Shown one piece after another: positions 39,450-52,000 of a stretch of DNA of 64,000 nt. Numbering within the stretch: position 1 is the stretch's first letter; the number at the start of each line of letters is the position of its first letter. The stretch spans positions 136,214,001 to 136,278,000 of the forward strand of contig NC_043000.1 of assembly GCF_006345805.1 (NCBI RefSeq), in the 5' to 3' direction. A model generated the notes under the pieces. It was not told the origin of the DNA. It searched no databases and worked only from the letters and a program-made list of their open reading frames with translations. Source of the DNA: Octopus sinensis (taxonomy: Eukaryota). Position numbers and translations under genes: made by a program.

Positions 39450-39660
39450 GTTCAATCCCTGGAGAAGGACATCATGCTCAGAATGGTCAGTGGCAAGAGA
39501 GGAAGAGGTCGACCAAGAACCCACTGGCTTGACACCATTAAGAGTGACACGGGAATCTGAAAGAAGCAACCCAGGATAGAACTGGCTGGAGAATGCTGAT
39601 CCATTGAGTAACCAAGAGTCAATTTCAACTGAGCGGATAGATAGATAGATAGATAGATAA
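39450..39660 (+). mobile_element. RTE/BovB-like LINE 3' end
   Basis: SLEKDIMLRMVSGKRGRGRPRTHWLDTIK motif; (GATA)n tail. Confidence 0.8.
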
Positions 39661-40748
39661 GAGTTCAAGAAAAATTAGCTTCTATACCCAGTTTAAACTT
39701 GTTGTTACACCGGTTTTAGTGTTCCAATTGGAGTTAATAATAGAAGGGCTTTGATTCAAATTGATTTGTGATTTGAAATTTCTAGGAGAACAAAGCCTCA
39801 AGGACTGTGCTTTTGGCAAGCATAGTAGAGTAATTTGTATGCTATTTGGTTCTACATAGAAAACAGTGCTCCATTGAAGCCATTTTAAGTTGTCATTATA
39901 TAGTTGGTTTAAGATGAAGCCTAAATCAAGATTTAATAGTTGTGGTTGTATGGGTGAAAAGACCAGTCATACCTGGGAGCTGAGTTGCTATGGAGGGTAT
40001 ATATCTGTGATGTTAGTAGCATAGCTGATGTGATTGTCAAAGTAGTATTGGTATGAAGAATTAGTGTAGTAATGCTTACAACGAATCCAAAGAAATTGAT
40101 ATCCAGTATGTTTCTTATTGCAGCTATTTGACAGTCATACCTTTTGTTAATAGCATTAGATAAGTAAGATATTGAAAATCAGAAAATAGGTAAAGTTTTA
40201 ATTTAAGATCTGAAGTCTTTTGGATGTATTGACAGAGCAGTTTATGAAAGTGTTGTAGAAGATTTTTAATCATGAAACTGTTAGGAAGCTTTTTTTTTTT
40301 TATCATAGCTAGTATTTAAATAGGTGAATGTTCCTGATTGTGTTAGGGATGACATTGCATTTTAAGTAATACTATAGGAAATTAATCTGGCAACCGATCA
40401 TCACCTATTTCTTTGATAGATTGAATAAATTCGTCATGATAGTAAATTTAGCCTGGCTCAGGTTTGATGATATTATTGTACTTTAGTTGTACATATGGTG
40501 TTAGAAATCAATTACAATGCAAATAACAATGCTGTATTTGCAAGTATTTCAGCTGACTAAATAAATGCATGAATAAGTTAAACAGAATTCTATGCCTTAG
40601 GTGGAGAAGAGATTGGTATTGAAAACCTAAAGTGTACTTGGTTTCTCACTATCAGCCATTTTTGTTTGAAGATTATCTCAGGTGTGAAGCTCTGAGTAAT
40701 GCGATATAAAATAGCCTGAATTAATATATATAATGATATACATAACTA

Positions 40749-41130
40749 TCTCTCTCTATATAAAGCTGAAGTTGTCTGTGTATGGCAGGTTTGGTAGCCT
40801 TCAACTAACACTATCTCTTCTGAGACCCTGCAGCGCAAGTTGACCAAAATTGAGAGTATGATAGAAGAAGGCTTGCTCTTCCTTCCGTAGAAGAAAAAAT
40901 TCAAATAAGACCAAAAATTATTTACATCAAAAAGGTGCTTTTTTCAATGAAAATCACTATTTTTTACGATATTTTTTTACTGTTGTGTCATCATTGTTTG
41001 GTGTATTTCAACCAGAAAAATGTTCACTTAAAGATAATAACAAGCTACATAATGCAAAATTTTTACTTTACAGAAATTCCAATTCTAAAAAGTCGAAACA
41101 AACCCGAGCAACGCCGGGCAATACTGCTAG
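40749..41130 (+). mobile_element. Non-autonomous Helitron
   Basis: A|TC start, 3' hairpin CCCGAGCAACGCCGGG, CTAG|T end, no TSD. Confidence 0.88.
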
Positions 41131-42373
41131 TTCATTTATAAAACTGAAATACTATCTGCTGTATGATGTGGATGAAAGACATTTAGGAAAGTACTGTTCC
41201 ATTGACTTTTATGAAGTAATTTTTGTGTGGTGCAATCCAATACAGAATTATGGATAGTGAAATCAGAGTTGAATAAGGAAATCATGATATGATGAATATG
41301 ATATGTGAATTTCAGAAGGAGTTTGAGTGCAGGTCAACTGTCAATACAGCTATATATTTAAGGTATGAGCATTTCACTTTGACAGCAATTCAGATCATTG
41401 CTTATAGTTCTAAGTTCTAAATATTGTCTTGCTTTGTTTGTGAAATATTCAAATTACTACACTAAATTATCTGAGAAGGTTTGAATTTAATGTCTAAGAA
41501 TGGAATATAAATCTGTATAAAGTGTATTAATGCCTCTTGAAAGTAACATCAAACAGTATCTAAATTTAAATTTTCCCAGCTCTGTGAGCTTTCTATAATT
41601 GTAGCACACCTCCTGGTATATAAAGACCAAAGCATAATTTGTCTAGGAGACAGCAACCTTTGAGCTGGTGCTGATTGGAACAACTGATTGTTATGTATGG
41701 AACTGCCAACTTTACAAAATTTCATTAAAATCAATGATATTAAAATGACAGTTATAAAATGTTTGCAAAGTAAAGCTAAATACATAGTTTCATATCAAAT
41801 GAAGTGGTGGAGATGGATAAAAATTTAGAATGAGATAAATAGATTAAATCTAACAAGTTTTTATATCATAGTTGAGATGATACTGAATAGACTCTCTTAA
41901 GAATATAATATTATTATACAAAATCTCATATCATATGTTAGGATCTAGACAATAGCTTGACTTTAAAAAATTATTTTATAGCTGTCATGAGGGAAAGAGA
42001 GTGCATATGATTCTTATATAGGTCTTCTGAGGCCAACTAGAGAAAAACATATTGAAACTGTAAACCTGGCCCAGTTGATTGCAATAGCATAGACTCCTCC
42101 AAAGGTACCCAAGGGCAAGGTGTTGGTGCTAAACAGGGTAAAGAGATAAGTCTACCACCCAAGTAGGCGAAGGCAGGATTTGAACTTAGAAATGCTTTAT
42201 CAGAAAAAGATTCCAGATGACAACCTGTCTGATAGGCTAATGGTTCTGTGAATCCACTCACCTAGATTGGGTGTGTATTTATCAGCCTCAAAAGAATGAA
42301 AAAACAAAGTTGACTTTGGTAGGATTTGATCTCAGAATACAAACGACTCAAATAAATAATGCAAAACATTTAA

Positions 42374-42596
42374 CCCTTTCGTTACCATATTTCTTTTGAG
42401 ATGCTCTGTTTTTCTTTCAATTAATTTTAGATATAACAAAGAATTTAGTAAAATAACTTAGTTATCATTAAGCTAATGTTTAGGAGCATAAATTGTGACG
42501 AAGGTTTGGTGGAAGATTTTAATTCAAAACTTATGAAAACAAGACATTTGTACTAAAGGGCTAGAACCAGTTTCAGCCAGGTTGGTAACGAAAGGG
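42374..42596. mobile_element. piggyBac-type MITE
   Basis: TTAA|CCCTTTCGTTACC ... GGTAACGAAAGGG|TTAA (13-bp perfect TIRs), inserted in a decayed SINE B. Confidence 0.92.
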
Positions 42597-42809
42597 TTAA
42601 TCCAGTATTCTAATGAATCTGCCAATTCCTTATCCTCTTAAAATAGCATGCAAATCTCTCAGATCATACCCTACATTTTACAAAACCCCAAAATAGAACA
42701 CATTCAATAATGTACACCTAGATACACTATTTGAAACACATGGTACCACTACAGCTAAAATAATTTTTTATTCTAAGTTGTTTTCATCAGCTGACTTCAT
42801 GACTAAAGA

Positions 42810-43050
42810 GCAACGATAGTAATAACCTTTTCTACTATAGGCGCAAGGATGGAAATTTTATGGGGTGGAGCTAGTCAATTACATCAGCCCCAGTGCATAA
42901 CTGGTACTTATTTCATCGACCCTCATAGGATGAAAGGCAAAGTTGACCCTGGCATAATTTGAACTCAGAATGTAAAGAGGGATGAAATGCACTTAAGCAT
43001 TTTGCCTGGTGTGCTAATGATTCTGCCAGCTCACTGCCTTAGCAACAATA
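42810..43050 (-). mobile_element. SINE family B
   Basis: Reverse complement of the family B head and core. Confidence 0.8.
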
Positions 43051-43150
43051 GTAACAATAATAATAAAAATAAAGAAATATGTAGCAATTTTATTTCGTTT
43101 TTGGATTTGGTTTGCAAGATTCTTTATATGTGTTCGTGTGTTGAAGCATA

Positions 43151-43396
43151 TTCTGTTGTGTCTGGGGAGTGTCATTTTCTTTTTGAGTCTTATAATGTAA
43201 CACACTCACCGGTAAAATTTCCACTTATTCCTTATTTTTATTTTCCTAAAATTTTCGTTGCATCTTGCAACCTTTTCAATAGTCTTGACTCTCAAGAGAG
43301 TCAAGACTATTGAAAATAAAAATATGAAATATTACCAGTGAGTGTGTTACATAATAAGGCACAAAAAGAAAATGACTCTCCCCAGACACAACAGAA
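43151..43396. repeat. Nested fold-back: about 70-bp outer arms and a perfect 21-bp inner hairpin
   Basis: Outer arms 43151-43221 / 43326-43396; inner 43273-43293 / 43296-43316. Confidence 0.9.
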
Positions 43397-43736
43397 CTAG
43401 CAATTTTACTTATAACATTTATAACTGGGAGGGTGGTAGTAGAAGTTTGTTTTTTGTATGAATTCAGGTTCAGTTTTATTTTGTTGACCAAGAGTGATTT
43501 TTAATATAGCTCTGGGTTCGTGTATATATATATCTTCTTCTCTTCTTCTTCTTCTTCTTCTTCTTCTTCTTCTTCTTCTTCTCTTCTTCTCCTTGTTATT
43601 GTTGTTGTTCTTCTTCTTTGCTGCCTCCTTCCTCGGCTACTGCTGCTTAAACAGTGAAAACCAAGAACTCATATAAAATATTCTTATAGGACAGCTATTA
43701 CCTACTACTACCTACTACCAAGCCGTCACAAGAATT

Positions 43737-43787
<51 letters not shown>

Positions 43788-44400
43788 GTCCGAAGGTGAG
43801 ATAGAAAATGATCTTTATAATCTACTTGAAATGAGATGGGATCACTTTAATGTGCTCCCATCAAGCAAGAATCTATGAAAAAGACTCATCTCAAAATTTC
43901 AAAAATAATATAATTTGGGTTAAAGGAAAAAAAGGTTAGATTTTAGCACATATTTTATTATAACAATGGGATAAAAAATAACAGTGAGTACATTGTGAAG
44001 TAGAGTTAGGATAAGAATGTTTAATTTATCTAAAAAAATTTCTTAAGACAAATTGTGTGTAAGACTTCTTAAAAATTGCAAAACTTCTTAAAATTTTCAA
44101 TGAGTCTCTTTTTGATACTGCTTCCTCATTCAGAAGTTTATTCGCCACGTGTCATTGTTCCTTAATCATTTTTCTCCCTCGTATTTTTTGTATTCATTGA
44201 CATTATTGATATTATTTTTTATGCATTCTTTTTTATTTTCATAATATCATAACCCATATAATAATAATAATGATGATGATGATGATGATGATTGTGGTGG
44301 TGGTGGTGGTGGTGGTGGTGATGATGATGATGATGATGAAGATGAAGATGATGATGATGAAGAAGAAGAAGAAGAAGAAGAAGAAGAAAAAGAAGAAGAA

Positions 44401-44970
44401 TGCCCTGATGCAGTACCAGGTAGTTACTCTCATGGTTTCTGATCTTAATTGATTGGAAGTGTTATCATGTACATTGTTTTGTCTTGGTATAAAAGATGGG
44501 CTACAGCAAATATTCTGCTCAATACCACAGATTTGCTTGTCAGTTGTTTGACCTTTACCAGTTGAGCATGTCCCTTAGTGGCTGACGATATGTGCGTCTC
44601 TGATCATGAGCAGAAGTAGTGGGGGAGCATCATAGCCATGTGTTGAGAGGAATTCTTTGGGGTTTGAATAATTCACCTCTGGAAAAATGGGAGTTTCGTT
44701 CAACATCCTTAAACAACTCTTATTCAGGGACCTTTTGAGCAGGATGGGCTACTCGACCAGAAGAAAATTCTAACTGGGTCCCACCTGTAAGGTCATGTGC
44801 TGTTTATCTTGATATGAGATGTCGCGCATATATGGTTGTGATGCATGTGCCTGGTGTACCCTTATCAGACGGGTAGTCATGATGGGTATACTGAACTTTG
44901 TATATTTTACCCCAGTGTCACTTTGATAGCATGCACTGCTCTCTCACTCAATAATAATAATAATAATAAT
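44401..44970 (+). mobile_element. Unclassified interspersed repeat with (AAT)n tail, probable SINE/LINE 3' part
   Basis: GC-richer block between a compound trinucleotide run and an (AAT)n tail. Single copy here, so the family call is by recognition only. Confidence 0.45.
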
Positions 44971-45297
44971 AATTTCACCTATGGCGAAATTTACCATAGT
45001 GGAATATATTATTATTATTGTCTTTCAATTCTCAAATGTAACTACTAAGTCCGGTAGAGTTTGCTTTACTTCTATTTCTGAAATTAGAGCGATGGGATTT
45101 ATATCTATTTATCATTTCATTTTTAGTTGCTCCAATATAAGATTTCTTGTAATTATCTGCGAGTACTTGCATTGGTAGATAACGTTTTTAGTTTTACATA
45201 TATGCGAGAATTCAGAATTGCTTTTGCTTCTGCAGTCACATAGATTATTAAGCTTGTCTGTGCCTATGTTATGTTGAGGGGTGGTGGTTATTATTTA

Positions 45298-46252
45298 CTA
45301 GCAGCATAGCCCAGCGTTGCCCGGGTATGTAAGAGCCCCTAGTAGGCAACGACTAATCCCAATCTAGTCCTTTCCCTCTAGGGAACGAAGGCGCATGTGT
45401 AGGTTGCAATGTCTTCTCTTCACTCGAATACTTCTGTGTATACGATGTTCCTAGCTGTCCCTTTGGGCGAAAACATGAAAACATCATTGCGCCTCCCAAC
45501 GCGTGAACAGCCCACGTAGAGTTGACCGTGGGCGAAGCACTGTTCGCCCAATTGTAACCCAGCGACTTGTAGCGTTTGGCCTTGGGATGTATTGATGGAC
45601 ATTGCGAAGCAGAGTTTAACAGGAAACTGAGAACGCCTGAAGTGGATTGGTAGGTCAGCGCCCAACGGTTGAAGGTGCATGCGTGGAATGAAGACGTCCT
45701 CTCCCTTCCCACAACCGGTAAGTATTGTGGCCGTTATTAAATGTGGTGGCAAATGTTTCACAACCAGACGTGTGCCGTTGCACTGTTTAAGTGGAACCAA
45801 ATTCCTGATGAGCATAATGGGCGCACCGACTTTTAACTTCAGGATGTGTGGCGGCAGGCCTGGTAGTTCAAGTGAATTCAGGAATTCAACAGGATAATCG
45901 GCAAGCTCGGCGGAGTCTGCTGTCCTATCAATAGATTTGTAGACGTGGACATCACCAGGAATAGCTTCAAGTAGCTGGATATTGATGGAGTTGAGAGTTA
46001 AAAAGGTCGAGTTGCGTCCCCTAGACAGTCTGTGGTTTGTGTTTCTGAATCTCGACCCCATGTCGAATTTATCGATTTTTTCAGAACTGGGGGAACTTTT
46101 CAAAATTTTCACTGCGTTAGTTTTGAATTATGACATTGGGCTATGTGTGTCAAGTTTCATGAGAATCGGTTGAAAGCCGTGGTCAGAGTGAGGGTACAAC
46201 CTGACAGACACACAGACACACAGAAACAAACTGCCGTTTATATAGAGAGAGA
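45298..46252 (-). mobile_element. Internally deleted Helitron
   Basis: A|TC 5' end, hairpin CCCGGGCAACGCTGGG, CTAG|T 3' end; carries the RepHel helicase C-terminus. Confidence 0.93.
45420..46112 (-). CDS. Helitron RepHel Pif1-like helicase C-terminal fragment
   Basis: EFLNSLELPGLPPHILKLKVGAPIMLIRNL, CNGTRL, RRSQFPVKLCFAMSINTSQGQTL, FAHGQLYVGCSRV. Open frame; the start is GTG, first ATG downstream. Confidence 0.9.
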   Translation of the reverse strand: MKILKSSPSSEKIDKFDMGSRFRNTNHRLSRGRNSTFLTLNSINIQLLEAIPGDVHVYKSIDRTADSAELADYPVEFLNSLELPGLPPHILKLKVGAPIMLIRNLVPLKQCNGTRLVVKHLPPHLITATILTGCGKGEDVFIPRMHLQPLGADLPIHFRRSQFPVKLCFAMSINTSQGQTLQVAGLQLGEQCFAHGQLYVGCSRVGRRNDVFMFSPKGTARNIVYTEVFE

Positions 46253-46823
46253 TAAGGTAGTTGTCTGCGTTATTTGAGGGTGAGTTATTAGGGATGATAT
46301 TTATTATATCTGTCGAGTGGTTGCTATGTTTTATGTTGTTATTCTTCTTAGTTTCATAGAAGGTAGCTAGCTTTTTATTGTTGATAGAGGCAATGATAGT
46401 AACTAGGTTGCTAGTTAAGCTATGGCCTATTTTAATTTTATTCCTAAAGATTTCTGAGTATTTATTATTTAAGTTTAAGTGCTTATGTATAAGTTTCATT
46501 ATTGACTGAACTATGTTGGTTTTAAGCTGCATCGTGAAGGGGATTATTAACCAGATGTTATCCTTATTTCGTTTTTTTTTTGATATTATTATTTTTGGTG
46601 TAGAAACTGTCCTCGGTATTATTGTAGAATGTAACGTTAGGGTTATAATTATTCCTCTTCTTTCTATAGTTATTTTTTATTATTACTACTATTAGTTTTA
46701 TTGGGTTTTTTCTGTATGGTTTATTTATTTTATATAGCTTGATAGTATCATTCCTAACTGGGGCTATATTGTTTCTTAGAGGTGCGTTATTTTTATTTTA
46801 ATCTATATTTTTATTATTATTCA

Positions 46824-47221
46824 TACTCTTTACTCTTTTACTTGTTTCAGTCATTTGACTGCGGCCATGCTGGAGCACCACCTTTAGTCGAGCAAATCGA
46901 CACCGGGACTTATTCTTTGTAAGCCCAGTACTTATTCTATCGGTCTCTTTTGCCGAACCGCTAAGTGACGGGGACATAAACACACCAGCATCGGTTGTCA
47001 AGCAATGCTAGGGGGACAAACACACACACACACATACATATATATATATACATATATACGACAGGCTTCTTTCAGTTTCCGTCTACCAAATCCACTCACA
47101 AGGCATTGGTCGGCCCGGGGCTATAGCAGAAGACACTTGCCCAAGATGCCATGCAGTGGGACTGAACCCGGAACCATGTGGTTGGTTAGCAAGCTACTTA
47201 CCACACAGCCACTCCTGCGCC
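46824..47221 (-). mobile_element. SINE family A
   Basis: Complete reverse-complement copy. Confidence 0.9.
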
Positions 47222-47237
47222 TATATATTAGTATTAA

Positions 47238-47362
47238 TATTGAAAGATACAGAAATAATTTTTTTATTGTCAAACGCGTGATAATGCTAATAAAATAGCG
47301 TGAACAGGATAAGCATTATCACGTGTTTGACAATAAAAATAATATTTCTGTATCTTTCAATA
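47238..47362. repeat. Fold-back, 51-bp arms
   Basis: 47238-47288 pairs with 47312-47362. Confidence 0.9.
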
Positions 47363-47514
47363 CATCTCAACCCTTCTAAAACAATCTTTGTTTGTTTACT
47401 TTCATTGTCAGTTGAATTCTTAATATTGTTATTTTTCTCATTGTTGGCATTTCTGGTATTATCATTTTTAATGTTGTTATTTATATTAATCTGCACAGTT
47501 TTATCTCTTTCCAT

Positions 47515-47680
47515 TTTTTATCATTTTATCTCCATTTTTTCCCTCTTAATCCTTTCTGTCGAAGAGCGTAGGCTCGTAATGTAAAAGACTTTTCCATTGT
47601 TTCCGAGCATTAAACTAATACACCTGCATTTTGTTCCTACACCTGTCTTCATCTTGTGTTTTCTGTAAATTTGAACTATA
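47515..47680 (+). mobile_element. Family K element with hammerhead-like motif 47552-47587
   Basis: CUUU CUGUCGA A GAGC guag GCUC GUAAU GUA / AAAG; the GAAAC strand is decayed. Confidence 0.7.
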
Positions 47681-47697
47681 TATACATACATAATACA

Positions 47698-47771
<74 letters not shown>

Positions 47772-47979
47772 TGAATAGATATGTGTATATTTCCCTTGTT
47801 TACAATTAAAACGGAAAAAATAGACAAACAGTTACCAGGGTAGCAAAAAATCACACAAGTAAAAAGGGCGTAACACCTTGTTTTTAAAGGTAGAAACTTC
47901 AGGTATATGTGAAATATTTTATATAATATATATAAATGAATAAATGGGATTAAACACAGGTATTATTCAAATTCTTTTA

Positions 47980-48066
47980 CTTCCGACACATGTTTCGAAG
48001 ATATCATTGGTATTATTCCAAAGGAATAAAATAGTGTAAAGCAATGTAATCTTCTCTTCAGGTAAA
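47980..48066 (-). ncRNA. Type I hammerhead ribozyme motif
   Basis: Minus strand: UUUAC CUGAAGA GAAGAU...AUCUUC GAAAC AUGU GUC / GGAAG. Canonical core, 6-bp stem II base, one stem I mismatch. Confidence 0.75.
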
Positions 48067-48655
48067 TGAAGAAATATAACTCATCAATAAGACATTTTAA
48101 CAGAATATGATGGATATGTAAAGTGATGAACTGAACGCTATTAAAAAACGTCATTAAAAAAACGTTAGAGGATATAACGTCAAAGGTAGCCTATAGAAAG
48201 AGGGGCGGTAAAGGAAAGAAAAAATCAGGAACCAAATGAATTAGAAGTATAGAACAATATGTAAATTAAATAAAACCCTAAAGTCTTGAAAAAGATATAT
48301 CTAGGGAAAGTGAAATGTAAGAAGAAAATCAATGTTTAAATTTATATAATAGGTAGACATCACATATGAACTAAAGGTGTGTTTCTGTCAATGTTTACAT
48401 CGGTAAGCACACTCTATAACCGTGTTTATAAGGGGATTTTTAGAAAAAGAATAAAAAGTAGTTCACAATTACATAGAAGACAGAATTTCTTGCCTTTATC
48501 ATAAGGGAACGAAATTGAGAGTATAATCAACCAAAATTGCGAAGATAATCTGGTACTGGACTGAGGAAAGAAAACTTCGAATATATATATATATATATAT
48601 ATATATATCTTATATTACTATATATATATATATATATATAATATATATATAGATA

Positions 48656-48694
<39 letters not shown>

Positions 48695-49778
48695 TATATA
48701 TTATATATATATACATATATATAAGATATATATATGCATGCATTTCTGCATGCATAGTTGGAGTCTGGGGTGCACATCTCTGTCTGCACAGAATATGAAT
48801 GTAATCATTGGCAGCCAACCTGAAAAACTGGTACTTTACAAACGAAGACATTCAAATATTTGTTCTATATTGAATTACATGGACACCCTTGTCCCTTTCT
48901 CCATCACATATATAGTGAACTTGTTGTTTTCTCTCACTCATTAGAAACCTATAACCAACAATGCTATTTTTCACCAATTATGATATAAAATAAATATATA
49001 ATTCTGAACTGTTGAACTGAATTATAAATTATATCTAAACACAAAGACAAAAGAAACAAAAAATGTAAGTATTACAGATATTGTCTAAAAGTTTCTATCT
49101 CAGACATCATTTTTTTTAAAAACATATTTGTCCATTATATCTAACCATTGTTGCAATGTCAATCAACTCTTCAAGAGAAAACAAGCCATACATGCACACA
49201 CACACACACAAAGAAGAAGAAGAAGAAATGGAAATGAAATTGATATTATTATTATATATATATATATATATATGTATATATACTGAGCCATGCCATATTA
49301 CAGAGTCACACGCTATACTATTATTATATCCTTATTAAATAAAGCCAATATCAATTTTTGATAAAACCAAACCTGTTAAGCTTCATTTTTTCTTTGTGTG
49401 TTTTCATTTCATTTTGTTATTGTTTGAATGTTATTGTATAAAATTATACGGAAATTCATCCTAACCATAAGTCATCTGGAGGGAAGAAAAACAAAAAGTA
49501 GTTAGATTTCAATGAAGAAATTAAGATATATCATTGTTGAGCAAGTGAAACATAGAATAAAAGAAAATGAAAATATAGTAAAGAAAAAAAAAAAATAGAA
49601 ACAATAAATAATATAACAAAACGAAAAGCAGTTGTGGATGAAGAGGAAAAAATCTTCTCGTGGTATTTTTTTCAGTCAATAGCTTGTAAATAGCTAAATA
49701 GACAAGATAGATGGAAAGAAAGAGAATAAAAGAGATAGATAGAAGCAGAGAGAATAAGAGAGACAGAGAGAGGAAGAC

Positions 49779-49833
<55 letters not shown>

Positions 49834-50158
49834 GGAGAGAGGGGAATAATGTCTAGTGTCCATAAATCTTTTTATTCAAGTGAAATATCTATCATTAATC
49901 TTACTTGCATTGGATATCATCAAACTTGAACAAGCATTGATGTATGTATGTATGTATGTATGTATGTATGTATGTATGTATGTATGTATGTATGTATGTG
50001 TGTTTGTATGTATGCATGCATGTATATATATGTGTGTATGTTTATATGTGTATCTGTATATGTGTATATTCATATATATATATTTATGCATACATACATA
50101 CATACATACATACATACATAAATACATATATATATATATATGTATATATATGTATGTA

Positions 50159-50190
<32 letters not shown>

Positions 50191-50794
50191 CAAGCACATA
50201 CAGAGTCAACCTACACTTTACTTATTCACATATGCATGTATGCAAACATACAAAAGTGCACACACACATATATACATATACATACATACGTATAAACTTA
50301 TACACATTAAAACGTGTATATTTTGCTGCACAGATGAGAGACAAAAAATACAAATATGTGGCACTGTGTATTTATTATCTATACCTAAATATATATATAT
50401 ATACATGTGTGTCTGTGAGCATGTATGGATGTATGTATGTATGAATGTGTGTGTATGAATGTGTGTGTGTGTGTGTGTATAGACTCGGTTGTGTGGTTCA
50501 GAAACTTGTTTACTAACCATGTGGTCTCAGGTTCAGTCCCATTGCATAGCATTATGGGCAAGTGTAAAACTTGTGAACAGATTTGGTAGAAATGGAAAGA
50601 AATCTATCATATGCATACATATATATGTATGTATATATGTATCTATTACCTTGCTTCAAAACAGGTAAAACTTGGTGACAGGTAGGCATCCAGCTATAGA
50701 AAATATGCCTCAACAAATTATGTCTGGCCCATATAAGTGGATTGTAAATGATGATGAATGATGCATCGATATGTATGCATATATATATATGTAC

Positions 50795-50830
<36 letters not shown>

Positions 50831-50849
50831 GTATATATATATATACATA

Positions 50850-51037
50850 TGATAGATCGCTAGCCACTACACATTCTTTATTTTCTCTCCTTGTTTCTCT
50901 GTGTTCCTTTCTGTGGAAGAGCGTAGGCTCGAAACGTTAAATACTTTTTCACTTCCCGAGCGTTATACTAATACATCTGTTTGTTGTCTACACGACCTGT
51001 CTTTGTCTTTTGTTTTCTTTTTGTGAATTCTCCCTAT
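50850..51037 (+). mobile_element. Family K element with hammerhead-like motif 50907-50942
   Basis: CUUU CUGUGGA A GAGC guag GCUC GAAAC GUU / AAAU; ends at (TA)n. Confidence 0.75.
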
Positions 51038-51129
51038 ATATATATGTATATATATATAATTATGTATTTTGGTAAGATCTTCAAACACTTCCTTGATCTT
51101 TGCACCAGCTTGGCCTTGACATTGCAGGC

Positions 51130-52000
51130 AGAGCAGTTAATGTCATTCTTGACCATGTCCTACTCATAGTAATCTACAGATCACAAGTGAGGGAAATAGA
51201 AGGCTAGCAATTGGGGCTGGAAAAATAGAAATTCTCTGACAACCATTCTAACACTTTTCAGAGGTGTAACAAAGAGCTGAATCCTGCTGTCACACATATG
51301 GTTTTCCAACAGCACTCTTCTATATCCATGTATTGACCACAGTCTCTAGCAGTTTCAAATAGTGATCTGAAATGAGCCTAAGGCCCTATCCAAAGATATG
51401 GGTCAGCATGATGTTACCTTTTCTGAAGACACAAACAAAAAACTGTCATGGTTTGGGGGAACTTGGTTTTCATGATACAAGGGTCATTACATGTATTGTA
51501 GGCAAGCTACCTACTGTTCTGAGTGCAGTGCAACTGGTCTTAGCAGAAGATCTTTTCATCTGAAAAACCCAAATCCTTCCTGGCTCAACAGGATGCTTCA
51601 GCTTGTTCAAGAGCTTCTTTGCTTTTGCCAAGCAGTTCACCTTGGATTTGGCTATCAGAATTTTCCTTTTGTGTCTTTCATGAATGGTGGTGAAGGTCCT
51701 CACTCAGTGCCAAGTCCATGGTCGTGACTCCACCACCCATTTCTCTCACCAAAGCCCAGATTTCATCGCTCAGATCTTACTTCACCTTGACTTGCCATTG
51801 TTGAAAGTATTCCAGCATACAGACACAGTCTGAATGCCTACTGTGTCCCTTCCTGCTGGCCATGGCTTCTTAGCCCCTGTCGCAGCTGTTTATGAGAAGT
51901 CTTACGGCCTTTACATTGTTCATAGAGCATTGAGTATCAGTCATGATGTTGGCATTCCCTTTCAAATATTCAGATGGCATCCAGTCCTCTATATTAGCTA
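51130..52000 (-). mobile_element. maT/DD37D-type transposase remnant
   Basis: KSKVNCLAKAKKLLNKLKHPVEPGRIW, then frameshifted FSDEK, TKFP..MTVF and PYV segments. Confidence 0.8.

Larger units (their letters stand above)
44975..46800 (-). mobile_element. Penelope-like retroelement remnant (RT thumb/linker plus GIY-YIG endonuclease), split by a Helitron
   Basis: KKRNKDNIWLIIPFTMQLKTNIV...EIFRNKIKIGHS upstream of the Helitron. LCDCRSK...NVIYQC and SYIGATK...RYKSHRSNF...NSTGLSSYI*ELKDNN downstream. Confidence 0.85.

Noticed and set aside
45420-46112. Host PIF1 gene
   Set aside because: Intronless fragment bounded by Helitron termini and lacking the N-terminal helicase motifs.
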